This document shows positions 24,754-32,000 of a DNA stretch of 32,000 bases, one piece after another; position 1 is the first letter of the stretch; the number at the start of each line of letters is the position of its first letter. This stretch comes from Tolypothrix sp. PCC 7712 (lineage in GTDB: Bacteria; Cyanobacteriota; Cyanobacteriia; Cyanobacteriales; Nostocaceae): the NCBI RefSeq assembly GCF_025860405.1, contig NZ_CP063785.1:4929390-4961389 (forward strand), read 5' to 3'. Both the position numbers and the translations under genes were made by a program. The notes beneath the pieces are model-generated. The model saw only the letters and a program-made list of their open reading frames with translations. It did not search any database and had not been told where the DNA came from.

Positions 24754-25249
24754 AATTGGTCGTGGGAAGCAAATTTTTACTCATTTTACTAACTGGAACA
24801 ATCATCCCTTTTTTTAAGTAATGAGGCGCTCTTTCGATAAATTTAAAGCCTAATCTCCTATAAAATCCTTCGGCGTAAAGGCTAGCCGTTGTAATTACCT
24901 TTTCTATACCTTGCTTGCTTGCTGTTTCGCAAAAATGATTAACTAAGGCTCTACCAACACCTTGCCCTTGGTGCTTAGGATGCACGTATAATGCTATCAG
25001 TTCATCAAAAATGTAACTAGTGAATCCCACAATTACATTTTTATCAACAGCAACCCAGCAATTTTTTAATTTCATACTCCTGAGAATATTAACACCGTCA
25101 GGTTGGTCGAGGTAGTTTCGCCAAGCTAACAGTTCTTCTTCAGAATATAAAGTTGCTGGTAGCGCTTTAATAGCAGCAATATGAATTGCACTCATACAGC
25201 AAGCATCTGTTTCGATAGCAGGACGAAGAAATTGGTCGTTAGCGCTCAT
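24752..25249 (-). CDS. GNAT-family N-acetyltransferase
   Basis: 165 aa with LYVHPKHQGQGVGRALV (the Q/RxxGxG/A acetyl-CoA loop) and FYRRLGF. Confidence 0.8.
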   Translation of the reverse strand: MSANDQFLRPAIETDACCMSAIHIAAIKALPATLYSEEELLAWRNYLDQPDGVNILRSMKLKNCWVAVDKNVIVGFTSYIFDELIALYVHPKHQGQGVGRALVNHFCETASKQGIEKVITTASLYAEGFYRRLGFKFIERAPHYLKKGMIVPVSKMSKNLLPTTN

Positions 25250-25755
25250 GATTATTAATTCGTAACTCGTAATTACGTGAGTTAAGGGTGCTTGGAGGTG
25301 AGAAGTTCAACGCCAGCACAGATTGTAATTAATATTGAGATAGATGCGGAGTGGTTGGGGGTAGCTGTTACCTTACCAGTACAGAGAAGCAAGCTATAGG
25401 TAGTTTCTCTGATAAAAGAAGGATAGGACTTGCAGCAGGTTATTATCAATGCAGACTTAATGTGTTGAGATGGGAATAAAGATATAGGTTTGGTTATAAA
25501 ACATTTAAAGCGCGATCGCAATCTGTAAAAAAGCTCACTTTTGAGCTTGATTGTGTATCTGCATCACCTGGATGTCAGTACAAAAGCAGTTTTTGGGGTT
25601 TATTACAAATAGATAAGTACTGCTACGTAGAATTGCAAAATATCAATATTTTGCGGCAAAGCTCAGTATATCTAGGAAAGTTTTATGCCCCTAATTAGCT
25701 TAAGATTGCTATAGATACTTTGCTGAATCTCCCCATTTTTAATAAGGGAAATCAA

Positions 25756-27045
25756 ATGTCTAATTTTGAGCTAGTACTTAAGCTATTGTTACAACTAACA
25801 ATAATTTTGGTGACTTGTCGCATCGTAACTATTATTGGCACACGATATCTCAAACAAACCGATGTTGTTTGTGAAATGATTGCGGGCGTTATGTTAGGGC
25901 CATCATTACTGGGTTTAATTACCCCAGATGTACAGCAATGGTTATTTCCTAAAGCACCAATCTTATTGGCGACGGGAGCTAAAATTCCCAATCCTTCGAT
26001 GTCTATTCTCTTCGCTATCAGTCAGATTGGGTTAGTAATTTATATGTTTTTGATTGGCTTAGAATTTAATACTGATTTAATTAAGCAACGTCTTAAAAGT
26101 GCAGGTTTAGTCTCTGCTGCCGGGATAATTGCACCTTTTTGTTTAGGCGCGATCGCAGCTTTTTTCTTATACGGTAAAGGTGAACTTTTTAAAGCTGGTG
26201 TAACTCCTTGGGCTGCAGCTTTATATTTGGGTGCTTCTATGTCGATTACCGCATTTCCTATGTTAGCAAGAATGCTTTATGAACGAGGAATTGCGAAAAC
26301 AACTTTTGGTACTTTAGCTTTAGCCGCAGGTTCCATAGATGACGCAACTGCATGGTGTTTACTCGCTATTGTATTAGCCAGTTTGAATGCTAATTCGAGT
26401 ATTGCCGCTTTTGCGATAGGTGGTGGTATTGGCTATGTTTTATTAACAATTTTTGTGGGTAGACCTGCTTTAACTATTTTTACTCGCATCACAAATAAAG
26501 ATAATGGAGTGACAATTCAAACATTAACTTTAGTACTCACAATTGTAATGTTTGGTGCTTGGTTTACCGATGCCATTGGTATCTATGCAGTCTTTGGTGC
26601 GTTTATTTTAGGCACAGCAATGCCGCGCGGTGAATTTGCCGAACAAATACGCGATCGCACAGAATTTTTGACAACGGGTTTTTTATTACCAATATTTTTT
26701 GTCTTCTCAGGATTGAATACACAAATAGGATTAGTAAATACACCGACTTTGTGGGCAATTACATTTTTGATTATTGCGATCGCAATTCTTGGTAAAGGTA
26801 TTGCTTGTATGCTCGCCGCCAAATTCGCTGGCGAAAGTTGGCGAGAATCAGCAACAATTGGTGCGCTCATGAATGCTCGTGGTTTGATGGAGTTAATTAT
26901 CCTCAATATAGGTTTGGAACAAGGAGTAATTACGCCAACTTTATTCACTATCATGGTTATTATGGCAATCGTAACGACATTAATGGCATCACCACTAGTT
27001 GCCTATTTGTTGCAAGGTACGAGGTATGAGAAATCTCTGGCTTAG
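25756..27045 (+). CDS. CPA2-family cation:proton antiporter (membrane domain only)
   Basis: Multi-TM protein with EMIAGVMLGPSLLG, LFLIGLEFN, SITAFPMLARML, GSIDDATAWCLLA and NARGLMELIILNIGL. I use the ATG at 25756 (MSNFELVLKLL), preceded by AAGGGA, rather than the TTG at 25720. Confidence 0.85.
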   Translation: MSNFELVLKLLLQLTIILVTCRIVTIIGTRYLKQTDVVCEMIAGVMLGPSLLGLITPDVQQWLFPKAPILLATGAKIPNPSMSILFAISQIGLVIYMFLIGLEFNTDLIKQRLKSAGLVSAAGIIAPFCLGAIAAFFLYGKGELFKAGVTPWAAALYLGASMSITAFPMLARMLYERGIAKTTFGTLALAAGSIDDATAWCLLAIVLASLNANSSIAAFAIGGGIGYVLLTIFVGRPALTIFTRITNKDNGVTIQTLTLVLTIVMFGAWFTDAIGIYAVFGAFILGTAMPRGEFAEQIRDRTEFLTTGFLLPIFFVFSGLNTQIGLVNTPTLWAITFLIIAIAILGKGIACMLAAKFAGESWRESATIGALMNARGLMELIILNIGLEQGVITPTLFTIMVIMAIVTTLMASPLVAYLLQGTRYEKSLA

Positions 27046-27085
27046 GGGTTGGGGATTGGGGATTAGGGATTGGGGATTAGGGATT
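27046..27085. repeat. STRR heptamers (GGGGATT/AGGGATT)
   Basis: GGGTTGGGGATTGGGGATTAGGGATTGGGGATTAGGGATT follows immediately after the antiporter stop. Confidence 0.85.
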
Positions 27086-27167
27086 CTAAATTAATTTAGT
27101 GTTTTCAAAATAGGGATTGCAAGGGAAGAGAGAGAAGAAAGCAGAAGAGAAATGACACATCACTCTG

Positions 27168-27278
27168 CAATACTACCGGTTAAGCGTTTTGAACCAAAAA
27201 TTGGTTTTGGGGAAAAGGTTAAAGGTTTTTTCTTTCCCTTTTTCCATTCCCCTTTTTCCCCTTTACCGACAAGTGTTG
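27168..27278 (-). mobile_element. MITE copy 3 (111 bp, degenerate, inverted orientation)
   Basis: Its termini are CAATACTACCGGTTAAG... and ...CCGACAAGTGTTG. The perfect 10-bp duplication CATCACTCTG occurs at 27158-27167 and 27279-27288. Confidence 0.75.
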
Positions 27279-27410
27279 CATCACTCTGCTATTACCAATT
27301 ACCAATTACCCAATGCCCCATGCCCCATGCCCCAGTATAAAAAGGTTGACATTTTTGAGTGTTATAAAGAATCATCTTAGGGAAACCGGATAGTCACTTG
27401 CGAGGAAACT

Positions 27411-29588
27411 ATGCACACAGTAATACTCGTTCTGTTTGAGGTGCTGATTGTTATTGGACTGTCTCGGCTAGTAGGACTGGGATTTAAGTCAATTAAGCAA
27501 CCGCTGGTAATTGGAGAGATTGTCGCTGGGATTATGCTCGGCCCTTCTCTATTTGGTTTGATAGCTCCATCAGCAGCAGCTACCGTATTTCCGCCTGAAG
27601 CAGTTCCTTTTTTAAATGTGCTGTCTCAGGTGGGACTGATATTTTTTATGTTTCTGATTGGCTTAGAACTGAATCCCAAATATCTCAGTGGACAATTAGA
27701 AACAGCAGTTTTGACTTCTCATGTCAGCATTTTGGTGCCGTTTTCTTTAGGAACGCTGCTCGCAGTGTTGCTTTATCCTCTGGTTTCAAATGCTAGTGTT
27801 TCTTTTACCGCCTTTGCCCTATTTTTGGGCGCGGCGATGTCAATTACCGCATTTCCGGTACTGGCGAGAATTATTACAGAGAACAACTTGCAAGGAACGC
27901 GCTTGGGAACCTTGGCGTTAACTTGTGCGGCGGTGGATGATGTGACGGCTTGGTGCGTGTTAGCAGTGGCGATCGCAGTTGCTCGAGAAGGTAGTATTAT
28001 CAGTGCCTGGCCGACAATTGTCGAAAGTATTCTCTACATCGGCTTTATGCTAACTGTGGGGCGTTGGTTCCTGCAACGGCTGGCTACCTACCACCAACGC
28101 ACGGGACGCTTAAGCCAAATGGTAGTAGCGTTAATTTACATGGGAGTGGTGGCTTCTGCCCTAATTACCGAATTAATTGGCATTCACCTGATTTTTGGCG
28201 CATTTTTACTAGGTGCAGCCATGCCCAAAAATGCAGATTTAGTCAGGGAACTGGCAGAGAAAACCGAAGATTTTGTCTTAGTATTTCTGCTCCCAATATT
28301 CTTTGCCTATAGCGGCTTGCGGACGCAAATTGGCTTGCTCAACCGTCCAGAATTGTGGTTACTGTGTGCATTAGTTTTAGCAGTTGCGATCGCAGGTAAG
28401 TATATTGGTACTTATGTTGCAGCTCGTGTCAGTGGAATTAATAAACGGGAAGCCTCAGCCCTTGGTTGGTTGATGAATACTCGCGGTTTGACTGAGTTAA
28501 TTGTCCTCAATATTGGACTCGAGTTAGGTGTGGTTTCACCCTTACTATTTACCATGCTGGTGATTATGGCATTGGTAACCACATTTATGACTTCACCACT
28601 GCTGGAATGGACTTATCCCAAAAAGCTGATCAGGTTAGATGTAGTCGAACCAGAATTAGAGGAAGAAACTGATACACCAGCCAAAGTTGGCGAAGAATAC
28701 CGAATTTTAGTGCCAGTTGCTAATCCTAGCACCCAAAAAGGCTTATTACAGTTAGCAGTTGCGATCGCACTCAACTATCGTCAATCTGCTGTGGTTCATC
28801 CCCTGAGTCTGATTGAGTTTGAAGAAGACTATGCTTTTGAAAGTACACCAGTTGAAGCTAATCGCTTAATTGCTCAACGCCGCCAACAGCTAGAAGAGTT
28901 AATTAATACTCTCGAACCTTCAACCGCTCGTGCTTATGTACATCCTATTATCCGCACCTCCAGCAACGTTGCTAGAGAAACTGCCCAGATTGCCCAAATT
29001 GAGCAACCTAACTTGATTTTAGTCGGTTGGCACCGCCCAGCTTTTAGTAACAATCGCTTAGGTGGGAGAGTTGGTCAAATTCTGACTACTGCACCCGTAG
29101 ATGTAGCAGTATTTATCGACCGGGGAGGAGAAAGACTAGAAAGCTTGCTAGTTCCTTATTCTGCGAATATTCATGATGATTTAGCCTTGATACTAGCCTT
29201 AAGACTGCTGATTAACAAAGATACCTGTATGTTGCGGATTTTACAGGTACGCTCAGAAAATCAGGTTAAGGACGAAATGAGTCACGAATTACAAATCATG
29301 ATGGAGCAATTACCAAACACTGTACGCGATCGCATCGAAATTCAGATAATTGAAGCTCCAGATCCAATCCAAGCTGTAGTTGAAGCTTCCGAACTGGTTG
29401 ATTTGACAATTGCTGGTACTAGCCGCGCTTGGGGTATCGAACGCCAAACCCTAGGAAGATACACAGATGAACTCGCTATTCAATGTCGTTCTTCACTGCT
29501 GATTACCCGCCGTTACAGTCAAGTCACCTCACATTTAGCCTCAGTACTTCCTGAAGTGAGTAGTCCAGAATCCGTAGCTAGGAGCTAA
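27411..29588 (+). CDS. CPA2-family cation:proton antiporter fused to a C-terminal cytoplasmic USP-like regulatory region
   Basis: 725 aa. The membrane half is paralogous to 25756..27045 (EIVAGIMLGPSLFG, FLIGLELN, SITAFPVLARII, AVDDVTAWCVLA, NTRGLTELIVLNIGL). A soluble tail of about 310 aa follows, with tandem YRILVPVANP... / LLVPYSANIHD... modules. GAGGA lies 5 nt upstream of the ATG. Confidence 0.85.
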   Translation: MHTVILVLFEVLIVIGLSRLVGLGFKSIKQPLVIGEIVAGIMLGPSLFGLIAPSAAATVFPPEAVPFLNVLSQVGLIFFMFLIGLELNPKYLSGQLETAVLTSHVSILVPFSLGTLLAVLLYPLVSNASVSFTAFALFLGAAMSITAFPVLARIITENNLQGTRLGTLALTCAAVDDVTAWCVLAVAIAVAREGSIISAWPTIVESILYIGFMLTVGRWFLQRLATYHQRTGRLSQMVVALIYMGVVASALITELIGIHLIFGAFLLGAAMPKNADLVRELAEKTEDFVLVFLLPIFFAYSGLRTQIGLLNRPELWLLCALVLAVAIAGKYIGTYVAARVSGINKREASALGWLMNTRGLTELIVLNIGLELGVVSPLLFTMLVIMALVTTFMTSPLLEWTYPKKLIRLDVVEPELEEETDTPAKVGEEYRILVPVANPSTQKGLLQLAVAIALNYRQSAVVHPLSLIEFEEDYAFESTPVEANRLIAQRRQQLEELINTLEPSTARAYVHPIIRTSSNVARETAQIAQIEQPNLILVGWHRPAFSNNRLGGRVGQILTTAPVDVAVFIDRGGERLESLLVPYSANIHDDLALILALRLLINKDTCMLRILQVRSENQVKDEMSHELQIMMEQLPNTVRDRIEIQIIEAPDPIQAVVEASELVDLTIAGTSRAWGIERQTLGRYTDELAIQCRSSLLITRRYSQVTSHLASVLPEVSSPESVARS

Positions 29589-29592
29589 AGAA

Positions 29593-30114
29593 ATGAATAA
29601 TTTCAAATTAAAATCTTTAGGCTTTTATGGAGCAACAATAGCTGGAGTTCTCATTTTATTTAAAGCTGTGAGCGCTTACGGGGAAAGTAATCTCAAAGCT
29701 CCTCCCGTAATCAATGGTTCCTATCGTCTTACTTTTGATGAAAAGCTACCGAACTGTAATCCAACAGAAGCCCCAATTCTCAAAATTCAACAATCAGGTA
29801 TTTATGTAAATGCTTCTTTATTAGCAGCAGATGCTAACTCTGAAAATACTACCAGCAGTGAAAAAAATCATTCTCTCTCAGGTGATTTAAACAACCAAGA
29901 ATTGACCTTATCTGGCAAAGTTGATGGTTCAATCCTGTGTAATATTGCTTCCACTCAAAATGCACCTTTTCACTCAGCTAAAATGCAAATGCAATTACTG
30001 GATAAAGGTAATTTTGCTGGGCAATTAACCGTTAGTGGTAGTTCGCAAAGTTTCAAATTTACGGCGATACCACAAAAAACACAGGGAAAATCACAGTCAG
30101 TTAAAAAGCATTAA
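29593..30114 (+). CDS. hypothetical exported or membrane-anchored protein
   Basis: 173 aa with an N-terminal signal/anchor (LGFYGATIAGVLILFKAVSAYG). The ATG is 4 nt after the antiporter stop, and AGGAG sits inside the upstream gene, so translation is probably coupled. Confidence 0.55.
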   Translation: MNNFKLKSLGFYGATIAGVLILFKAVSAYGESNLKAPPVINGSYRLTFDEKLPNCNPTEAPILKIQQSGIYVNASLLAADANSENTTSSEKNHSLSGDLNNQELTLSGKVDGSILCNIASTQNAPFHSAKMQMQLLDKGNFAGQLTVSGSSQSFKFTAIPQKTQGKSQSVKKH

Positions 30115-30247
30115 AAGGAGGATGATGAAAAATTAAATTAATTGAGATTTATCTGTCGAAATTCTCTGTTGAGATGAATCAAAATAATCATCCTAATCTC
30201 AAAACTCTAAATCTAGTAGAGAGTTTTTCAATCAAGAGCTAACAATC

Positions 30248-31195
30248 ATGGTCAAAGGTGTGAGGAATAGACAATTTTTTCAATTCTACAAGCAGATTTT
30301 TAATATCAGCTTGTTGGGTATGTCCACAGTAATAATTCTAGAAACTGGTAGTAGTATTGCTCAACCAGCAGCAAAACAAATAAGACCGCCCTATTATCCT
30401 AATTTACCTGTGCAACCTGCTACCACAAATGTGACAGGCTCACTAGCTAGGCTGGATAATTGGCACTTTTCTCCAGAAGCTATGCAACTGGAATTTACGC
30501 TATCAGCAGCTAGAACTCCTAAATACTTTTATCTAGCTCAACCTGCACGCATTGTTGTAGATTTACCCAATACCAAATTAGGGTATGTTCCCACTCAACA
30601 AAATTATTCCGGTAAGATTCAGAGAGTTCGCATTTCTCAATTAAATGCAGGTGTGACTCGCATTGTTTTAGATTTAGCACCAGGAAATTCTTTAGATCCC
30701 AATCAATTAAAATTGCAGCCTACTTCTAAGAAAAACCCGAATCGCTGGGTTTTACGTCCTGCTGTTACTGGTTCTCAAAACTCTGTCAAACCAGGATACT
30801 ATCCGCAGTTACCTAATAATTTACCTGTAAATACTCAACCTCTAAATCTACCTCAAATCCCATCTAACTATCCACCAACACCCATTAATCAATTACCAGT
30901 AAGTAATAACCAACAATCACCATTTTTTACTTTACCCCCACCTGTCAATAACTTACCTCCAATAAGTAATAACCAGTCGCAACCCTTTGTGACTGTACCG
31001 CCTCTCACATCTAACAACTCACCACAAATACCAGTTAATCTTCCAGCGCCAATTGTGCCAAATCAACAAGTGAATTTTAACAGCCCTGCACCTGTTATCA
31101 GTCCTAATTTTCCTGCTCCTATAATTCCCAATTCTCCACCAAATATTGGGGAGGCTCAGGTGGTTGAATTTGGTCAACCTATTCCTAGTAGATGA
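30248..31195 (+). CDS. AMIN-domain protein with a Pro/Asn/Gln-rich C-terminal tail
   Basis: The block LEFTLSAARTPKYFYLAQPARIVVDLPNTKLG...RVRISQLNAGVTRIVLDLAPG matches the AMIN fold signature. No amidase or secretin domain follows. The C-terminal 130 aa are low-complexity (LPxxxNN / PAPI repeats). Confidence 0.7.
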   Translation: MVKGVRNRQFFQFYKQIFNISLLGMSTVIILETGSSIAQPAAKQIRPPYYPNLPVQPATTNVTGSLARLDNWHFSPEAMQLEFTLSAARTPKYFYLAQPARIVVDLPNTKLGYVPTQQNYSGKIQRVRISQLNAGVTRIVLDLAPGNSLDPNQLKLQPTSKKNPNRWVLRPAVTGSQNSVKPGYYPQLPNNLPVNTQPLNLPQIPSNYPPTPINQLPVSNNQQSPFFTLPPPVNNLPPISNNQSQPFVTVPPLTSNNSPQIPVNLPAPIVPNQQVNFNSPAPVISPNFPAPIIPNSPPNIGEAQVVEFGQPIPSR

Positions 31196-31391
31196 TGTTT
31201 GAATTACAGGAAATTAACCGCCGATACAAGGCGATAAAATGATTTTTCTTGATAAAAAGAATGGCTGATGGTACCAGAAATAAATAAAGGTCAAAAATCA
31301 CTATTTGTAAAATCCACTGTAGGGGCAAGGGCAATGCCGTGCCCTTATAATTTACCATTTTGAAAAAAGAACGCGACAGATGGGCAGCCAG

Positions 31392-31485
31392 GGGCACGGC
31401 ATCCACAATCTTGTGGTGTATCAAATTATCTTACTGGTGCCGTGCCCCTACAAAGAATTTATTTGTCGCAAACATTGTTTGAATT
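31392..31485. repeat. dispersed hairpin repeat (GGGCACGGCA family), copy B
   Basis: It is near-identical to 3647-3740 apart from the loop segment. An inverted partial copy sits at about 31310-31350. Confidence 0.7.
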
Positions 31486-31622
31486 ATTATTATAATTATC
31501 TGTACCTCACAAACTTGTAATCTGCTGTATTTTTATATATTAATAAACTCCAAAAAATATCAAATTTATAATAATAGAAATACATAAGGACACAACATTG
31601 TTGTGCCCCTATATATCTGTTG

Positions 31623-31748
31623 CAATACTGCTCGGTTAAGGATTTTAAACTCTTAATTTGGTTTGGGGAAAAGGTTAAAGGGTAAGGTTTAAAGGTTTTT
31701 TCTTGCCCCTTTTCCCCTTCCCCTTTTCCCCTTAACCGACAAGTATTG
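31623..31748 (-). mobile_element. 126-bp MITE, copy 4 (inverted orientation)
   Basis: CAATACTGCTCGGTTAAGG...CCTTAACCGACAAGTATTG. The perfect 10-bp duplication ATATCTGTTG occurs at 31613-31622 and 31749-31758. The 91-aa track ORF 31496..31771 is its translation. Confidence 0.8.
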
Positions 31749-31840
31749 ATATCTGTTGTATTCTTTTTCAAATTGGTAACAATTATCCAATTCCACCAAA
31801 TTAAAACAGCTTTCTTTCCCCCTGCTTCTTCAGTGGAATT

Positions 31841-31999
31841 TTAGAATCTATCCGTTTCTTGAGATGGCGCAACTGCTCCAGGTTGAGACATAAAGAAGTT
31901 TTGCGCGGCTTCATTTTGGTATATGCATCTAATATCAGGCTTGTCAGTATCTAAGTTACCTGTAAAACCAAAAGTATTTAGGCGATTTTTACATTCTCT
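31841..31999 (-). CDS. 3' end of an unidentified ORF entering from the right edge
   Basis: My own translation gives ...RECKNRLNTFGFTGNLDTDKPDIRCIYQNEAAQNFFMSQPGAVAPSQETDRF, ending at the TAA at 31841-31843. It is open to the window edge. No family recognised. Confidence 0.3.
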   Translation of the reverse strand, partial: RECKNRLNTFGFTGNLDTDKPDIRCIYQNEAAQNFFMSQPGAVAPSQETDRF

Positions 32000-32000
32000 T

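Noticed and set aside
24308-25249. The GNAT (24752..25249) plus the 74-aa ORF (24308..24532) as a GNAT-toxin/antitoxin pair.
   Set aside because: Known GNAT toxin systems place a small RHH/HTH antitoxin immediately upstream and overlapping. Here the small ORF is 219 bp downstream past a hairpin. It shows no DNA-binding motif, and the GNAT looks like an ordinary acetyltransferase.
6751-25758. N-terminal extensions in the ORF track that begin at TTG or GTG: 9534, 9967, 11948, 14615, 17839 and 25720.
   Set aside because: In each case an in-frame ATG lies a few codons downstream. It gives a sensible N-terminus and avoids running into repeat DNA. I report the shorter coordinates, but the true starts remain unverified.
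590-28312. Short ORFs nested in or antisense to large conserved genes: 590..772, 1194..1403, 2872..3108, 5650..5850, 6870..7073, 7346..7591, 8307..8495, 9040..9231, 11689..11970, 11702..11905, 12193..12462, 13208..13471, 16502..16705, 19308..19694, 20486..20689, 20726..21007, 25752..25991, 26583..26954, 26805..27029 and 28064..28312.
   Set aside because: Each is a shadow frame of a longer ORF that has clear family motifs. None has recognisable motifs or an independent start context.
1-32000. tRNA, rRNA, tmRNA, RNase P, riboswitches, transposase, integrase or reverse-transcriptase genes.
   Set aside because: I scanned the intergenic regions by eye for T-loop (GGTTCGAAT-like) and other conserved cores and found none. 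No unexplained ORF is long enough for a transposase, integrase or RT. A covariance-model search (Infernal/Rfam, tRNAscan-SE) would be needed to exclude small RNAs formally.

Overview
This window looks like chromosomal DNA from a filamentous Nostoc/Anabaena-type cyanobacterium. It is dense in HIP1 octamers (GCGATCGC), carries several STRR heptamer arrays and has many Nostoc-style hairpin repeats. Most of it is ordinary housekeeping or accessory coding sequence: a Zn alcohol dehydrogenase, an alpha/beta hydrolase, a CheY-like receiver, a DUF4112 protein, a pentapeptide protein, an EgtD-like methyltransferase, a GH63-like glycosidase, a HEAT-repeat protein, two GNATs, AmpG, two CPA2 antiporters and an AMIN-domain protein. 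I found no tRNA, rRNA, CRISPR array or transposase gene. The region worth a second look is 14.8-23.5 kb. (1) An intact DndD-like SMC/ABC ATPase, a DndE-like protein and a dnd-associated SAM-methyltransferase lie on one strand, but no DndC, DndB or DndA is present anywhere in the window. (2) dndD and dndE are separated by a 1.2-kb AT-rich cassette carrying an antisense GIY-YIG/T5orf172 gene. (3) Divergent from dndD is an NB-ARC/TPR STAND NTPase whose 145-aa helical N-terminal module is cut off by a single in-frame TGA. (4) Two unusual tandem-repeat arrays with 21/42-bp and 84-bp periods follow. The window also holds four copies of a 126-bp MITE, each with a perfect 10-bp target-site duplication, one of them carrying a nested insertion. 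All protein calls rest on motif recognition by eye in the supplied translations or my own. No BLAST or HMM search was possible, so family names are informed judgments and start codons are approximate.
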